Of a DNA stretch of 64,000 bases, positions 13,197 to 24,616 are shown piece after piece (positions within the stretch are counted from its first letter, which is position 1; each line of letters opens with the position of its first letter). The stretch is from the NCBI RefSeq assembly GCF_009914755.1, contig NC_060931.1; one strand, 5' to 3'. Source of the stretch: the human T2T-CHM13v2.0 reference genome, Homo sapiens. Below the pieces are notes generated by a model, which was not told the DNA's origin, did not search any database, and saw nothing but the letters and a program-made list of their open reading frames with translations. The position numbers and the translations under genes were made by a program.

Positions 13197-13252
13197 GTTT
13201 ATATTAAGAAATTTGCTCATTTGCTCACAGAATTGTAGGGGCTTGCAAGTCC
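13075..13252 (-). mobile_element. MLT2 (ERVL) LTR 3' fragment
   Basis: 'attagccagggttctccaga', then (TG)n(AG)n, then 'tttatattaagaaatttgctca...ggcttgcaagtcc', typical of MLT2. Confidence 0.7.
13129..13196. repeat. (TG)25(AG)9 compound microsatellite
   Basis: Counted directly. Confidence 0.97.
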
Positions 13253-13339
13253 TATAGGTAACCTATAGTTTACTCCAGTTCATGTAACTCATACTTCCCA
13301 AATTCCCATTTCCTTTTTTTTTTCCTTGTTAAAACATGT

Positions 13340-13341
<2 letters not shown>

Positions 13342-13373
<32 letters not shown>
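13342..13373. repeat. poly(T)32 homopolymer
   Basis: Counted directly. Confidence 0.95.
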
Positions 13374-13375
<2 letters not shown>

Positions 13376-13455
13376 AAGAAAGGATCTTTCTCCCAGGCAG
13401 GAGACTTAACAAATAGCAAAGCAATGACATTTAGACATAGTAGGTTTTCAATAAT

Positions 13456-13575
13456 TTTTGTTAATATATAATAAATGCACATATTTTGGAATACATGTGA
13501 TAATTTGATACATTCACATAAAGCATAAAGATCAAATCATGATAATAGGGATATCCATTATCTTAAATATTTATC
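13456..13575 (-). mobile_element. L1MA-type 3' end fragment inserted in an L2 tail
   Basis: 'acatattttggaatacatgtgataatttgatacattc...gatcaaatcatgataatagggatatccattatcttaaatatttatc'; flanked by tcaataat direct repeats. Confidence 0.8.
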
Positions 13576-14274
13576 TCAATAATATTTAATTTAAAAATGA
13601 ATGAATGGATGAATGAAACAAAAGATCCACCTTCTCTTAAGTATAATATAGAGCAGGAATTGGAAGGCTGATGTTCTGTTCTGTAATATACAGACTGAAT
13701 AAATAGAAAGTCCCTCTGTTATGGAAGTCTCACGAATGTGAGAATAAATTTATCTTTCTGCCAGCTAGGATAGGGCTATTATCCAGATTATGCCTTCCTG
13801 GCAGAGCCTATTCAACATCTACATAGAGTCATTGGTGTTCAAAAGAAAAGGGATTGACCCTTTAAAAAGTACACCATAAAAAATAGACTGGTTGGCTATG
13901 GAGCTGCCTGCAAAAGGCTACAATTATAGTGCTGGATAAATAATACCTTATACTATAGGGGTGGGGGTGAGGGTAAGGGCAGACAATGGGGAGAGCACAA
14001 ACCATGGAAGAAGCAAGAAAAAAGTCTTGTTTTATAAACCAGGATAGCAAAATGGAAGGTGAAGACAAGAAGGGACATGGCACTCCTTCCCAAAAGGTCA
14101 ATTTACTAAAAAAAAAAATGTATATAGAATTGGTAGAGCTATAGGAAAATCTTTTTATATTAAAACAATTATACCTATATTATCATAGAATATAATATTT
14201 ATATAAATTGTTGAGCAAAATATTAGTTTTCTAGAAAATTGTGACTGTGATGAATGTTGTTTCAAGGTACTAAA

Positions 14275-14485
14275 AAGCTACTGGTTGAGTGCTGCGTGAA
14301 GTGGTATCTCATCCAAGCCCCATAAGGAATTTATGAGGTTGAAATTCTTATTGTCTGTTTGAGAATGAGGCAGCCAAGGCACAGGACAGTTCATTGACTT
14401 GCCCCTGCTTAGGTAGCTGGTAAGTGGAGGGCCCAGCCCAGACTTCCTAATCCAAAGCCCAGGCTCTTAACAACCACCTTATCCT
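14275..14485 (-). mobile_element. MIR fragment
   Basis: 'atgaggcagccaaggcacagg...tgacttgccc...agctggtaagtgg...ccaaagcccaggctcttaacaacc'. Confidence 0.65.
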
Positions 14486-14959
14486 AGTCCTCATTCCCAG
14501 ACCGCGGTTGCCCCATTCTAATCTTCCACCATCAAGGGTGCTCTACTAGAAGAGATGGAAGAGAATCTAAATTTGATCGCCTCACCAGAATCTTAATGAC
14601 TCCACTAATTGGAGCTGATTAGTCAGGAAATGTTAGGAGTCAGACACAAGTAAGCCACTGGGGAAAGAGATGGCTTTGTTTGGTTTTCCTTTCTAAGCTT
14701 GTAGAAGAAAACCTAAAAACATGTAAAAAGGAACTGACAATTTCAAGATTGATGTGCTTTTTCTTGTTAAGGCTAAATATCAAAAACTTTAAAAATAACT
14801 AAAAAGCAAACAGCAATAACCTTTTAAGTGCTGTGATTCTGAAATATGAGTAGAAACCAGGGTTTGTTTGCTTGTTTGTTTGTTTTCCTAAGTAAGGGAG
14901 TTATGATATAATTGCAAAATATAATGTAAGAGTAATGAGAAAAAGAACCTTTTTGACTT

Positions 14960-15045
14960 GCCCACTCCTGCACCTCCAAGACCTGGAGCAATGGTAGGTA
15001 TATAGTAGTTGTTCAATAAATATGTGTTAAATGAATGAATGGTGA
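14960..15045 (+). mobile_element. L2 3' end
   Basis: 'atagtagttgttcaataaatatgtgttaaatgaatgaatg'. Confidence 0.65.
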
Positions 15046-15177
15046 TAAAATTAGGAATTAAATCATTGAAATGGTGCACTCTGGCCTGTGCATGATGTTT
15101 TGTTTCTTCTGAATATTACTAGTGTGGTATTTGTTGTTCAAGAAATGGACAGTTATTTAAGTCATTTACTTAAAAGT

Positions 15178-15328
15178 TGTTATTTTACTTTTAAGAGACA
15201 GGGTCTTGCTTTGTTGCCAGGCTCTGGAGTGCAGTGGCATGATCATAGCTCACTGCAGCCTTGAACTCCTGGGCTCGAGCAATCCTTCCATGTAGCTGAG
15301 ACTATGGCACGTGTGACTGTGCCTACCT
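15178..15328 (-). mobile_element. Alu monomer (FAM/FRAM-like)
   Basis: 'gagacagggtcttgctttgttgccaggctctggagtgcagtggcatgatcatagctcactgcagccttgaactcctgggctc'. Confidence 0.88.
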
Positions 15329-15479
15329 TAAAAGTATACTTTTAAATACTTGGCCTTACTTGATGGCTGTTACCTGATAATGACCTTACAAACCTATGGG
15401 CAAGAAAGAGCCTTAGGTGATTGACTTTAGCAAATTTAACCTATTTCAGTGAAAGAGCCACACTATACAGAACAAAAGT

Positions 15480-15790
15480 CCCAAATTTAACACATCTTCT
15501 CCAGTGTGGCATATTATTTAAAAGGTAAAAATTATATCCTCTTAATTTGCATTTATTCAAATATTAATAAAGTTGAACATGTTACCATATGTGCACTAGC
15601 TTTGTTTTTTCTTTTGTTCTTCTTAAATTTTCCTAGATTACCTGTCAGGGGCTTGGTGTTCTTCTTATCAACGTGTATGAGCTCTTTAATATTTTTTGTG
15701 CAATGTTTTTTGTATATATACTTCCCCAATCTACTGCTTGCCTTTAGAGCAATGTCTTTTAAAACAGAAAATTCTCAAAATGACAATATC
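15480..15790 (-). mobile_element. Old L1 (L1M) fragment
   Basis: 'ttaatttgcatttattcaaatattaataaagttgaacatgttaccatatgtg...tgtatgagctctttaatatt' resembles antisense L1 ORF2 3' region. Confidence 0.55.
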
Positions 15791-17869
15791 AAATCTACAA
15801 GAGAGGCAAAGAGTACCATAAGGAATATGTAGAATATTAGCAATTCCAAGATAAAATTTTCTTAACAATTTTTTTTACTTACCTAAATTCCCAAAGTCAT
15901 TTGCTGTAATAATTCGTCAGTCACAACTGGAGAATAAATCACAACCGTGATACATTCTGCTGTAATGAAAATGGTAGTGACTGCTTATTACAAAAGAAGG
16001 TGTGTTTTAGAACAAATGTAGTCATTGGCATACATCTAAATATTTTGGAATTTCTCTAATATTCATGTCATTAGAACAAAGGAAGCTCAGTTTACTTGTA
16101 TAAAATGGTAACCTGCTCTTAAATGGAATTGGGTTGCTAATATGCTTAAGGAATCTGTAAAGTGATTTGGGGAGCAAGGCAGCCCATTAGCATGCCACCC
16201 CTCGTAGACCAAATGCCTTTCATTTAAACTGAGGCAGTGACCCCTCCCAAGAGAGCAATGGCACTTTCTCCAATTCATTAATCTCATAGGATTTGGTGGG
16301 CAGCTTCCAATTTACAACCATGTCCTTCCCAAACAATGAGTGCAAACTTTATAGAAACTTAACCTTGTGGATTTTATTTCCCTGGTCTTAACTGCAGCAG
16401 CACTGAGGTGAAGAACAGCAGGATAAAAGAAAATCCTGTGTCCAGCTCAGTGTATCAACGTCAGGAACGAGGACAGCAAAGGTACAACTGGGAAAGGCAA
16501 CACGCCTGTACGTCAGACCAAGGACTTCATTCACCCACTTCATGTGGTGAGGTCATTCTGTCGCAACAGGCAGGTGACTTTTCAGTCTCTGACTGATGAG
16601 ACTATGGAATGAGTCTCTGAATGATTATGGAAAGAGTGATGTATGTTTCACATTTAAGGCCAACTCCTAGATCACACCTCCACATCAACAGCTGGTTGTT
16701 AAGCGCCTTGTATATACAAGGTGCTGCGTCATCAAAGTGTAAAGAAAGACTAACTGGAGTCATGGCATGGAATTACCTCAGGATGTTGCAGACTATAAAA
16801 CTTACTGGAATTTTTTTTCCATATGGACCCAAATATGCCTTTGTGTGATTTGATGTTTTTCACTTTCTAGTATGAGAACACAAAGTAAATTACTTTCAAT
16901 TACTGTGTTCTGAAGCATTAAAAATTGGTACTTCTGTCACCAAAGACAGCAATAAAACTGGGGGAGAATGGCACAGGGATAAATAATTTCCACTTATTTA
17001 TGTTCATTAGAAATTGCCAAGTAGATTCATTTACTCAAAAAGTATCCCCAAGTTGGGAGGTGTCATGTTCCACTAAGAGGAAATGTTTCTTATGACCAAA
17101 TTAAAACACACAACTCTGGGAAAAAAGGTTTATTTTAAATGTTGTGATAACTGAGTCCCAGCCATAATGCTCCAAGTGGGCACCAGTAATGAGGGTTTCC
17201 TTTAATAAGGTTGTTTTTCTTTAACAAAACCGTATTAAATGAAATAGAAAGAAAAAGTAATGTTTGTGTCAATGAAACAGGCTTTTATGGCATCACAGCC
17301 AATGAAGATGAGCACAGACAAAGTAGAGGGGCTGGCATCAGGAAGCATCTAAGTGCAGCCCTAGAAGGCAGAGCTTTGGCACAAGCCACATTGAGTACTC
17401 CAGAATTGTCTTCTGTACTTGTGGCAAAGGTAACCTACCTGTTCCCGCTCCTTTTGGAAAGCTTGTGGCTCCTTTGAAGCATGGCAAGTGTCCCAGCCTT
17501 CCCTGGATGAAGACAGGTTGGTCCACTGGGAAATGGCTGCTGCTGATAATGCAGGTATGAACCTCTGCAAGACAGAGGAAAGACAGTCTTTGCAAAATAG
17601 ACCAAATGTTAAGAGTTCATGGGAAAACACTTAAAATAAAACCATGATCCCGTTCTAAACGATTATAACTTACATGCAGAGAAGAAAGTAACTTGGACAT
17701 CCTTCCATCTACCACAAAAGGAGATGTAGGGCCTTCTTTACTCTTTAATAAAGCACCATTGTTTTTTCATGATTTTGCTTTATAGGGCTTAAATTAAAGG
17801 GAAACTACACTATGGAGAGGCAACTCTTTTCTTCTAAAGCTTTTATAGCACCTATATTGGCAAACTCCC

Positions 17870-18095
17870 TTGTGGTCACCTCATGTGGCAACAACTGGGG
17901 TCACTTGATGATACTGACTTGGTAATTAGTCTGCCTGGAGGGTCCAAAAAGGCTTCAGTCACCAGTTTGGTGTCTTGGCTGGAAGGCAGCATTCAGCTGG
18001 GCCACTGGATCTCTCCAAATAGTTTCAGGAACTGCTCACGTGGCCTCACCAGCAGGGTGTACAGACTTCTTACATGATGGCTCAGGGCTCTGGTA
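17870..18095 (-). mobile_element. MLT1 (J/K-like) LTR fragment
   Basis: 'tggagggtccaaaaaggcttcagtcac...acgtggcctcaccagcagggtgtacagacttcttacatgatggctcagggctc'. Confidence 0.6.
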
Positions 18096-18109
18096 GCAAG
18101 TATACTCTT

Positions 18110-19278
18110 TTCATTTTGAACATGTGAGTCAAAGCTGACATAATTCCTTTAACAACTTTAGGGAATACTTGTACATCAAATTATATTCCATTCCACAAAG
18201 CCTTTCAAAGTAAGTCTTTCTCTATCTAGGGCTTCCTGAGAGGCTGCTGTGAGACAATGGCTTTCAGACAGGGGTCCCCAACCCCCGGGCCATGGACCAG
18301 TACCAGTCCATGGTCTGTTAGGAACCTGACCACACAGCAGGTGGTGAGCAGGCAAGCGAGCATTACCACCTGAGCTCTACCTCCTGTCAGATCAGCACTA
18401 GATTCTCATAGGAGCACTAACCCAACTGTGAACTGCACATGTGAGGGATCTAGGTTGCACACTCCTTAGGAGTATCTAACTAATGCCTGGTGATCTGAGG
18501 TGGAACAGTTTCATCCTCTCATCCCAAAACCATCTCCCTCTGGCATGCCCCATCCATGGAAAAATTGTCTTCCATGAAATCGGTCTGGTGCCAAAAAGGT
18601 TGGGGACAACTGCTCTACAATTTTTAGAAGCCTCTTTAATCAAAAAAGGCTTAAAGGCACATCCTTAAGATCTTTAGAAGGTCTTTTGTCTAGAGAAAAG
18701 TGTCTAGAAATCTTATCTTTCTAAGGTCTTTACAAAGTTTCATAATCTCATGCTTGACTTCAACTTTACCCTGAAACAACATTTTACTGCCCTAGATTCA
18801 ATCCTTGCCTTAAGGCCATTTCTTACTTTGAGAATCTTTTGCTGCCTCAAGAAACTATCTTGGGCTTACTACATTTCCTCTAACTTCTGCTAGTTCCTTT
18901 GATAGTTCATTTTTACCTTCTCATATTTTATTATAGGGGGTGAAAAGAAGCCAGTTGGAACTTTCTATATCTTGCTTGGAAATCTGCCCAACCAGGTGCA
19001 TAAACACATTAGGCATTAGGCATTCTTTCTATTTTTCATGTGACCACAGGTGGCAGGTAGCCAAACCTTCCACCACTGCATAACAGAAATTCAGCCTCTA
19101 ACACTATTTTCCTCACTGTCTTTCCAGCCTTCACTAATGGTTTTCTTGAGGCCTCTACAGCTTTTAGTAACAGCTTCCTCAATTCTCTCCAGGTTCTGAC
19201 TGCCACCCAGTTCTAAAACCAGTGCTCCACATTTCAGAATTTTGTTACAGAAACACCTAACTTCTAGGTAATAATTGT
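18110..19278 (-). mobile_element. MLT1 internal sequence, interrupted by MER1B
   Basis: Ends 'ccacatttcagaattttgttacagaaacacctaacttctaggtaataatt', the reverse complement of a MaLR-internal 5' start; also 'cttgcttggaaatctgccc'. Confidence 0.6.
18269..18612 (+). mobile_element. MER1B hAT-Charlie DNA transposon
   Basis: TIRs 'caggggtccccaacc' / 'ggttggggacaactg'; internal 'tagattctcataggagc...tgtgaactgcacatgtgagggatctaggttgc'. Confidence 0.92.
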
Positions 19279-19399
19279 GAAAATAGATTAGATAGAGATG
19301 AGAATGGAGATCAAGACCTGTTATATTTTATGTAACAATAAGAGTGTTGAAATAAACCCAAGGTACATATCATAAGCCATGGAATACTATGTATTTTAT

Positions 19400-19640
19400 A
19401 ACTAATAGTTATGTAGTATTTCTAAGTGTAGGGTGCTATTCTAAGTACTTTTCATATAGAAACTAAATTAGTTCTTATTACAATAGTTGGTGCTATTGGT
19501 CTTTCCAATTTACAAATAAAGAGCTGCGGGAGACATAGTTTACGTAACCTGTGTAAAGTCACAGTGGTGGTAAATAGCAGAGCTGGATTCAGAGCCATGC
19601 TGTCTGGTTCCAGACTTCATTCTCTTAACCACTACCCTAT
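19400..19640 (-). mobile_element. MIR (near full length)
   Basis: 'gtgctattctaagtacttttcata...aaagtcacagtggtggtaaatagcagagctggattc...tctcttaaccactac'. Confidence 0.75.
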
Positions 19641-19780
19641 AGTGATTCATGAAATGGCTGTATTGATTGATCATTCCACAACATGAAAAGACATTAACAG
19701 TATGTTAAGTGAATAGTGGAAATTACAAGATACTACTTCTGTAGTTTGGCATGATATGCACTAAAGTGTTAAAAGTGCTT

Positions 19781-20145
19781 TGCATTAGTCCACTCTCACA
19801 CGGCTATGAAGAACAGCCCAAGACTGGGTAATTTATAACGGAAAAAGGTTTCATTGACTCAACAGTTCCACATTGCTAGGGAGGCCTCAAGAAACTTACC
19901 ATCATGGTGGAAAGGAAAGCAACACATCTTTCTTCATAAGGCAGCAGAAGAGAAAAGTGCAGAGCAAACAGGGAAGAGCCTCTTATAAAACCATCAGATC
20001 TTATGAGAACTCACCTACTATCATGAGAACAGCATGGGGGAACCGCCCCCATTATCCAAACACCTCCCATGAGGTCCCTCCCCCAGCACATGGGATTACC
20101 ATTCAAGATGAGATTTGGGGAAGAACACAGAGCCAGACCATATCA
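19781..20145 (-). mobile_element. THE1D-like MaLR solo LTR
   Basis: 'tgcattagtcc...agactgggtaatttata...cttataaaaccatcagatcttatgagaactcac...gagccagaccatatca'; 5-bp TSD tgctt/tactt. Confidence 0.92.
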
Positions 20146-20350
20146 TACTTATTTCCAAGTGTTGGGGTAATGGATGATTTCTACTTTTTCTATTTTGTAT
20201 TGTTGACTACTTTTTAAATAATGAGCATGTGATACTTTTATAATCAGATTAAACAATAAGGCTATTTTCATTTTGGAAAAAAATTAAAAATTGGTTTTTG
20301 TAGTAACCTGGGGTAAAAGGATGAGGGTCTGTGATGAGACAGTGGCTGTG

Positions 20351-20378
<28 letters not shown>
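20351..20378. repeat. (GA)14 microsatellite
   Basis: Seen directly. Confidence 0.9.
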
Positions 20379-20382
<4 letters not shown>

Positions 20383-20559
20383 AGGGGACACATAGGAAAA
20401 ATATTAAGGAGATAGATTATGTAGGAGTTGATTTCCTGGATTAGCAGAGGAAGGGTTGGAGGGGCAGAACATATCTGGGTAAGCAAATAAGTAGAGAGGA
20501 CTTCATATTTGGGAGCTTGAGCAATAAAGCAATGCTGATATTATTTGTAACCTGGATTC

Positions 20560-21445
20560 TATTCCATCTCATCTTGTCTTCTTAGAGACATTTGATATCT
20601 ATGATTCCACTATAATTGCCCTTGTTAAAGACACCAATGGCCTCCCAACCACTGGTTCCAATGCAGTTTTAGTCCATAGTTTGTCATCTCAATAAAAGCA
20701 ATTGACACTGCTTGTCATTCTCTGTTTCTGCAAAGTTGCTTTTCCTTGGATCTCTTCCTAACACTCCGACAACTTCTACTCCTTGTTTTCTCACCTTATC
20801 CCTTAATTGTGCTGTCATAGGAGCTAATCTATCAGAGACACACATCCTGGTCAAGCAATCCATTCACTTGTCTTCTTCCCTCAAACATTTGAGTGATCCT
20901 CAAATGTTTATTTCTTGCTCCAATGTTTGTGTCCAACAGCCCACTAGAAAGTCCCACTGGAAGTTCCACTGGCTTCCAAAATTCTTAACTTTCAGTGTGA
21001 AGATGGGAAAATTTTTTTAATTAAAAAATTATTTCCTATTCCTTAAGTCAGCAAAATGGCATGATCATTCATTTAGACATTAGGTATTGAAACCTGGGAA
21101 TTACCCTAGACTTCTTCTTGTTCATCACTTAGCCCATCATCCCATTCAATTATTAAATCCTATGGATTTCATCTCCTGGCTACATCATTTTCATAGATTC
21201 TTGCCTCTCTGTCTCAACGGCCACCACATTTCTTCATTCTTTACATGGATTATTGCAATATTCTCACTCAGCCCTGCTCTCTTCTAATCCTCTTTGTGAA
21301 TGCATCCTGATGCACAAATTCGAACACAGGTCTCCACCACCTCTCAAGGTGAAAAACAATGCCTTTTTCCTCTCTGCATTACTAGCACTTAGCACAGTGC
21401 CCAGCATGTGGTTGGGACATCATGAAAGTGAAGAATAAATGAATA
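20560..21445 (+). mobile_element. L2 fragments ending in a 3' tail
   Basis: 'cttgttaaagacaccaatggcctcc', 'tgaaacctgggaattaccctagacttcttc', 'ctagcacttagcacagtgcccagcatg...aataaatgaat'. Confidence 0.6.
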
Positions 21446-22347
21446 GGAGCTGAGATCATTTTTGTAATAAGAATTGGAAGTCAGATGCTCCGGTATTTGA
21501 ATTTTAGTTACAGCCAATGTTGTGTAAGTGACACTGCACATTTCATGCCTCTGCTGCCACCAACTAGCAAACCAGCTAAATAAGTAAATGATTAACAGCA
21601 AAATCTTTATTTCATAATTGTGTAATTATTAAAGCAATGGTACTACTATAAGGATCAAATCCACCATATCTGTAGGATACTGTAAATATGTATTCAGTAT
21701 GATCATTTTAACTTACATGTGGTAAGTATATTTTTAAAATATTATTTTCTATTGCTTTAAAAAAAACAGTAGTTTTTATAATTAAAAAACTGCAAATTTC
21801 AGTATGGAAAAACGTTTTTTTTTTGAAAATCGAAAGCAAATTTCAATTTCAAAACAACCAGTGCATGGGAATCAACCTGCCATTTCAGAAGCTGTGGTAA
21901 ACGGACATTCTGGGGCTGAAACAGGCAAGGCCACAGCTGCTGACCTCTAAGGCGGGATTGCTACTCTGACTGCACCTGCTGAACTATGCCTGAAAAAGAC
22001 AGACTTGCATCTTAACCTCCTTTTTCTTTGCCTGGGCTGTTGTAGTTACAACATATTTTCAGTGCATCTATATTTTAAATGTGTACCCTTGGATCTTATT
22101 ATGCCCTATTCTTCTCTTGGTTATGATTGCATTATCTATTTAATCTTACTGCATTGTGTGGATTTCTATATCTCACCTCAAAGTCTTTTAGAATTGAATC
22201 TGAATACAAATAAATAAATCAACAAAATAAAAATAATTCCAGACATATATTTATTATGACATTTAGAAACAAAAGATGAGCTAGACAACTGTATTCTTAT
22301 TTATTTTCTTTCTTTTGTAATTACTGCAGTTAGAAACAATCATCTCC

Positions 22348-23175
22348 AAGTGGGCGAAGGATATGAACAGACATGTCTCAAAAGAAGACATTTATGCAGC
22401 CAAAAGACACATGAAAAAATGCTCATCATCACTGGCCATCAGAGAAATGCAAATCAAAACCACAATGAGATACCATCTCACACCAGTTAGAATGGTGATC
22501 ATTAAAAAGTCAGGAAACAACAGGTGCTGGAGAGGATGTGGAGAAATAGGAACACTTTTACACTGTTGGTGGGACTGTAAACTAGTTCAACCATTGTGGA
22601 AGACAGTGTGGCGATTCCTCAGGGATCTAGAACGAGAAATACCATTTGACCCAGCCATCCCGTTACTGGGTATATACCCAAAGGATTATAAATCATGCTG
22701 CTATAAAGACACATGCACACGTATATTTATTGCAGCACTATTCACAATAGCAAAGACTTGGAACCAACCCAAATGTCCGTCAATGATAGACTGGATTAAG
22801 AAAATGTGGCACATATACACCATGGAATACTATGCAGCCATAAAAAATGATGAGTTCATGTCCTTTGTAGGGACATGGTTGAAGGTGGAAACCATTATTG
22901 TCAGCAAATTATCGCAAGGACAAAAAACCAAGCACTGCATGTTCTCACTCATAGGTGGGAATTGAACAATGAGAACACATGGACACAGGAAGGGGAACAT
23001 CACACACTGGGGCCTGTTGTGGGGTTGGGGGAGGGGGAAGGGATAGCATTAGGAGAAATACCTAATGCTAGATGACAAGTTAGTGGGTGCAGCACACCAA
23101 CATGGCACATGTATACATATGCAACTAACCTGCACGTTGTGCACATGTACCCAAAACTTAAAGTATAAAAAAAAA
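22348..23175 (+). mobile_element. 5'-truncated L1PA (roughly L1PA3-5 age) with poly(A) tail and TSD
   Basis: Near-consensus ORF2 3' end and 3' UTR; A tail; TSD agaaacaatcatctccaa (22332-22349) / agaaacgatcatctccaa (23176-23193); target tt|agaaa. Confidence 0.97.
22363..22965 (+). pseudogene. LINE-1 ORF2p C-terminal fragment (200 aa, CCHC region, native stop)
   Basis: [25 protein letters not shown]...[19 protein letters not shown]...MFSLIGGN* matches the L1 ORF2p C-terminus; EN and RT domains absent. Confidence 0.95.
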
Positions 23176-24595
23176 AGAAACGATCATCTCCAAATCAAAA
23201 TAAGGAGCATAACCCAGTGAGTGCTACCCCAGGAAATGTAGTATTTAGCTTTTAGTTATTGGGCATGCACTGTGACTATCCAGTTTGGGCTAGGATGGAT
23301 TTGGAGTTTGATTCCCAAGTTTTTAAGTGGTGGCCAGAGGGGAAACATGTCCAAAAGCAAAGGAAAAAAGTGGGGGAAAAAATCATGCTGTTGATTTATG
23401 TACCTGATGTCAAAGGAAGAGTAGAGAAGTGCCAGGCACTCAGAAAAGGGGGTTGAACGCCTGGATTCCAGCTGTGCTTCTGCCATCAGAGGCTGGGTGT
23501 CCTCAGTGGTCATATAGCCCACAATAAAGCAGCTCTTTCACCTTCCATAGGCCCCACCCTCCAAACGTGAAGCCTGGCTTCAGAGACCCCTCTGGAGTTC
23601 TCTGTGCATCCAGCATGCATTTCTTTCTTTGCATTTACCATGTGGGTCACAATGATATTTTTATGAGCCTCCTCCTTACAAGTAAGCTTCTCCTGAGTTG
23701 TGGGTGTTTTTAACTTAGCCCTTGATTGCCAAAGCCCAAGGTAGTATGAACCCCAAATTTCTTTCCCAACTATATTCTTTGATTATTGCACACAAGACAC
23801 CTAAAATAAGCAACCCTTATAGAATTTTGTTAATGTTAGAAGCCATGTGACTTCTTGAGTGCTGAGATATCTAATAGGTTCTTAAGTTGATCTGAGAGGG
23901 AGCACCTGGGAGAGAAAAAGAGTGGACACAGGGTTTTAGCCTCCCAGTGTAGACCAGTACTGCCCATATGTCTTTGTATTATGCCCTCGAAAAAATAATA
24001 ATAATGGTAGGAAAAAATAGCCAAGGAGGCTAGCATTTTGAAGGGAACATGGGAAAGCCTGGAGAAAAAGGATCAGAAGCAACTGGAGAGAAGAGTGGGT
24101 GTAAGAGAAGAGAATTGTGGTCAAGGACACAGCTCTGAAAATGGACAGAGGCTTTTGATCTACACTTTTACTCAGATGGCAAATTCTGAAAACATCTGAG
24201 GCTTTTTGCATTTTTGTCACTAATACTTTATCGGGGCTGCTTCAAAATGAGTTTTAACAGAAGCACTTTAAAAAAGATTGAGACAAAAATGTAATAATTG
24301 CACACTCAGGCTTGTAATTTCAGAAATTCACAATGTTAAGGGCTCCAAACACACTACTTCAAATTTGGATTCCCTTTCACTCTTCACGAAGGATCAGTCT
24401 AGTCAGATTGAAACAGATCACTATTTTCAAGTCACATCAGCAAATAGCTGGAGTCCATTGTCAGAGTGAAAAAACTGTATTTTTTCCATAATTCAAAAAT
24501 AATTGAAAGAATGTAGCTCACCAATTTTGAGATAATGAATTTTTTTTAGATAATGGTTAAGTTCAGTCCAATCTTAGAAAATTCCAGCCCCAAAG

Positions 24596-24616
24596 TTTTT
24601 TTTTTTTTTTTTTTTT
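24596..24616. repeat. poly(T)21
   Basis: Seen directly. Confidence 0.9.

Larger units (their letters stand above)
19330..20265 (+). mobile_element. Old L1 (L1ME-like) 3' end, split by a MIR and a THE1
   Basis: 'atggaatactatg', 'gtatgttaagtgaa', 'ggatgatttctactttttct...aatgagcatgtgatacttttataatcag'. Confidence 0.5.

Noticed and set aside
17281-17429. Possible exon (aaacAG| ... AAG|GTAACC)
   Set aside because: Poor polypyrimidine tract, mediocre donor and an unrecognisable peptide.
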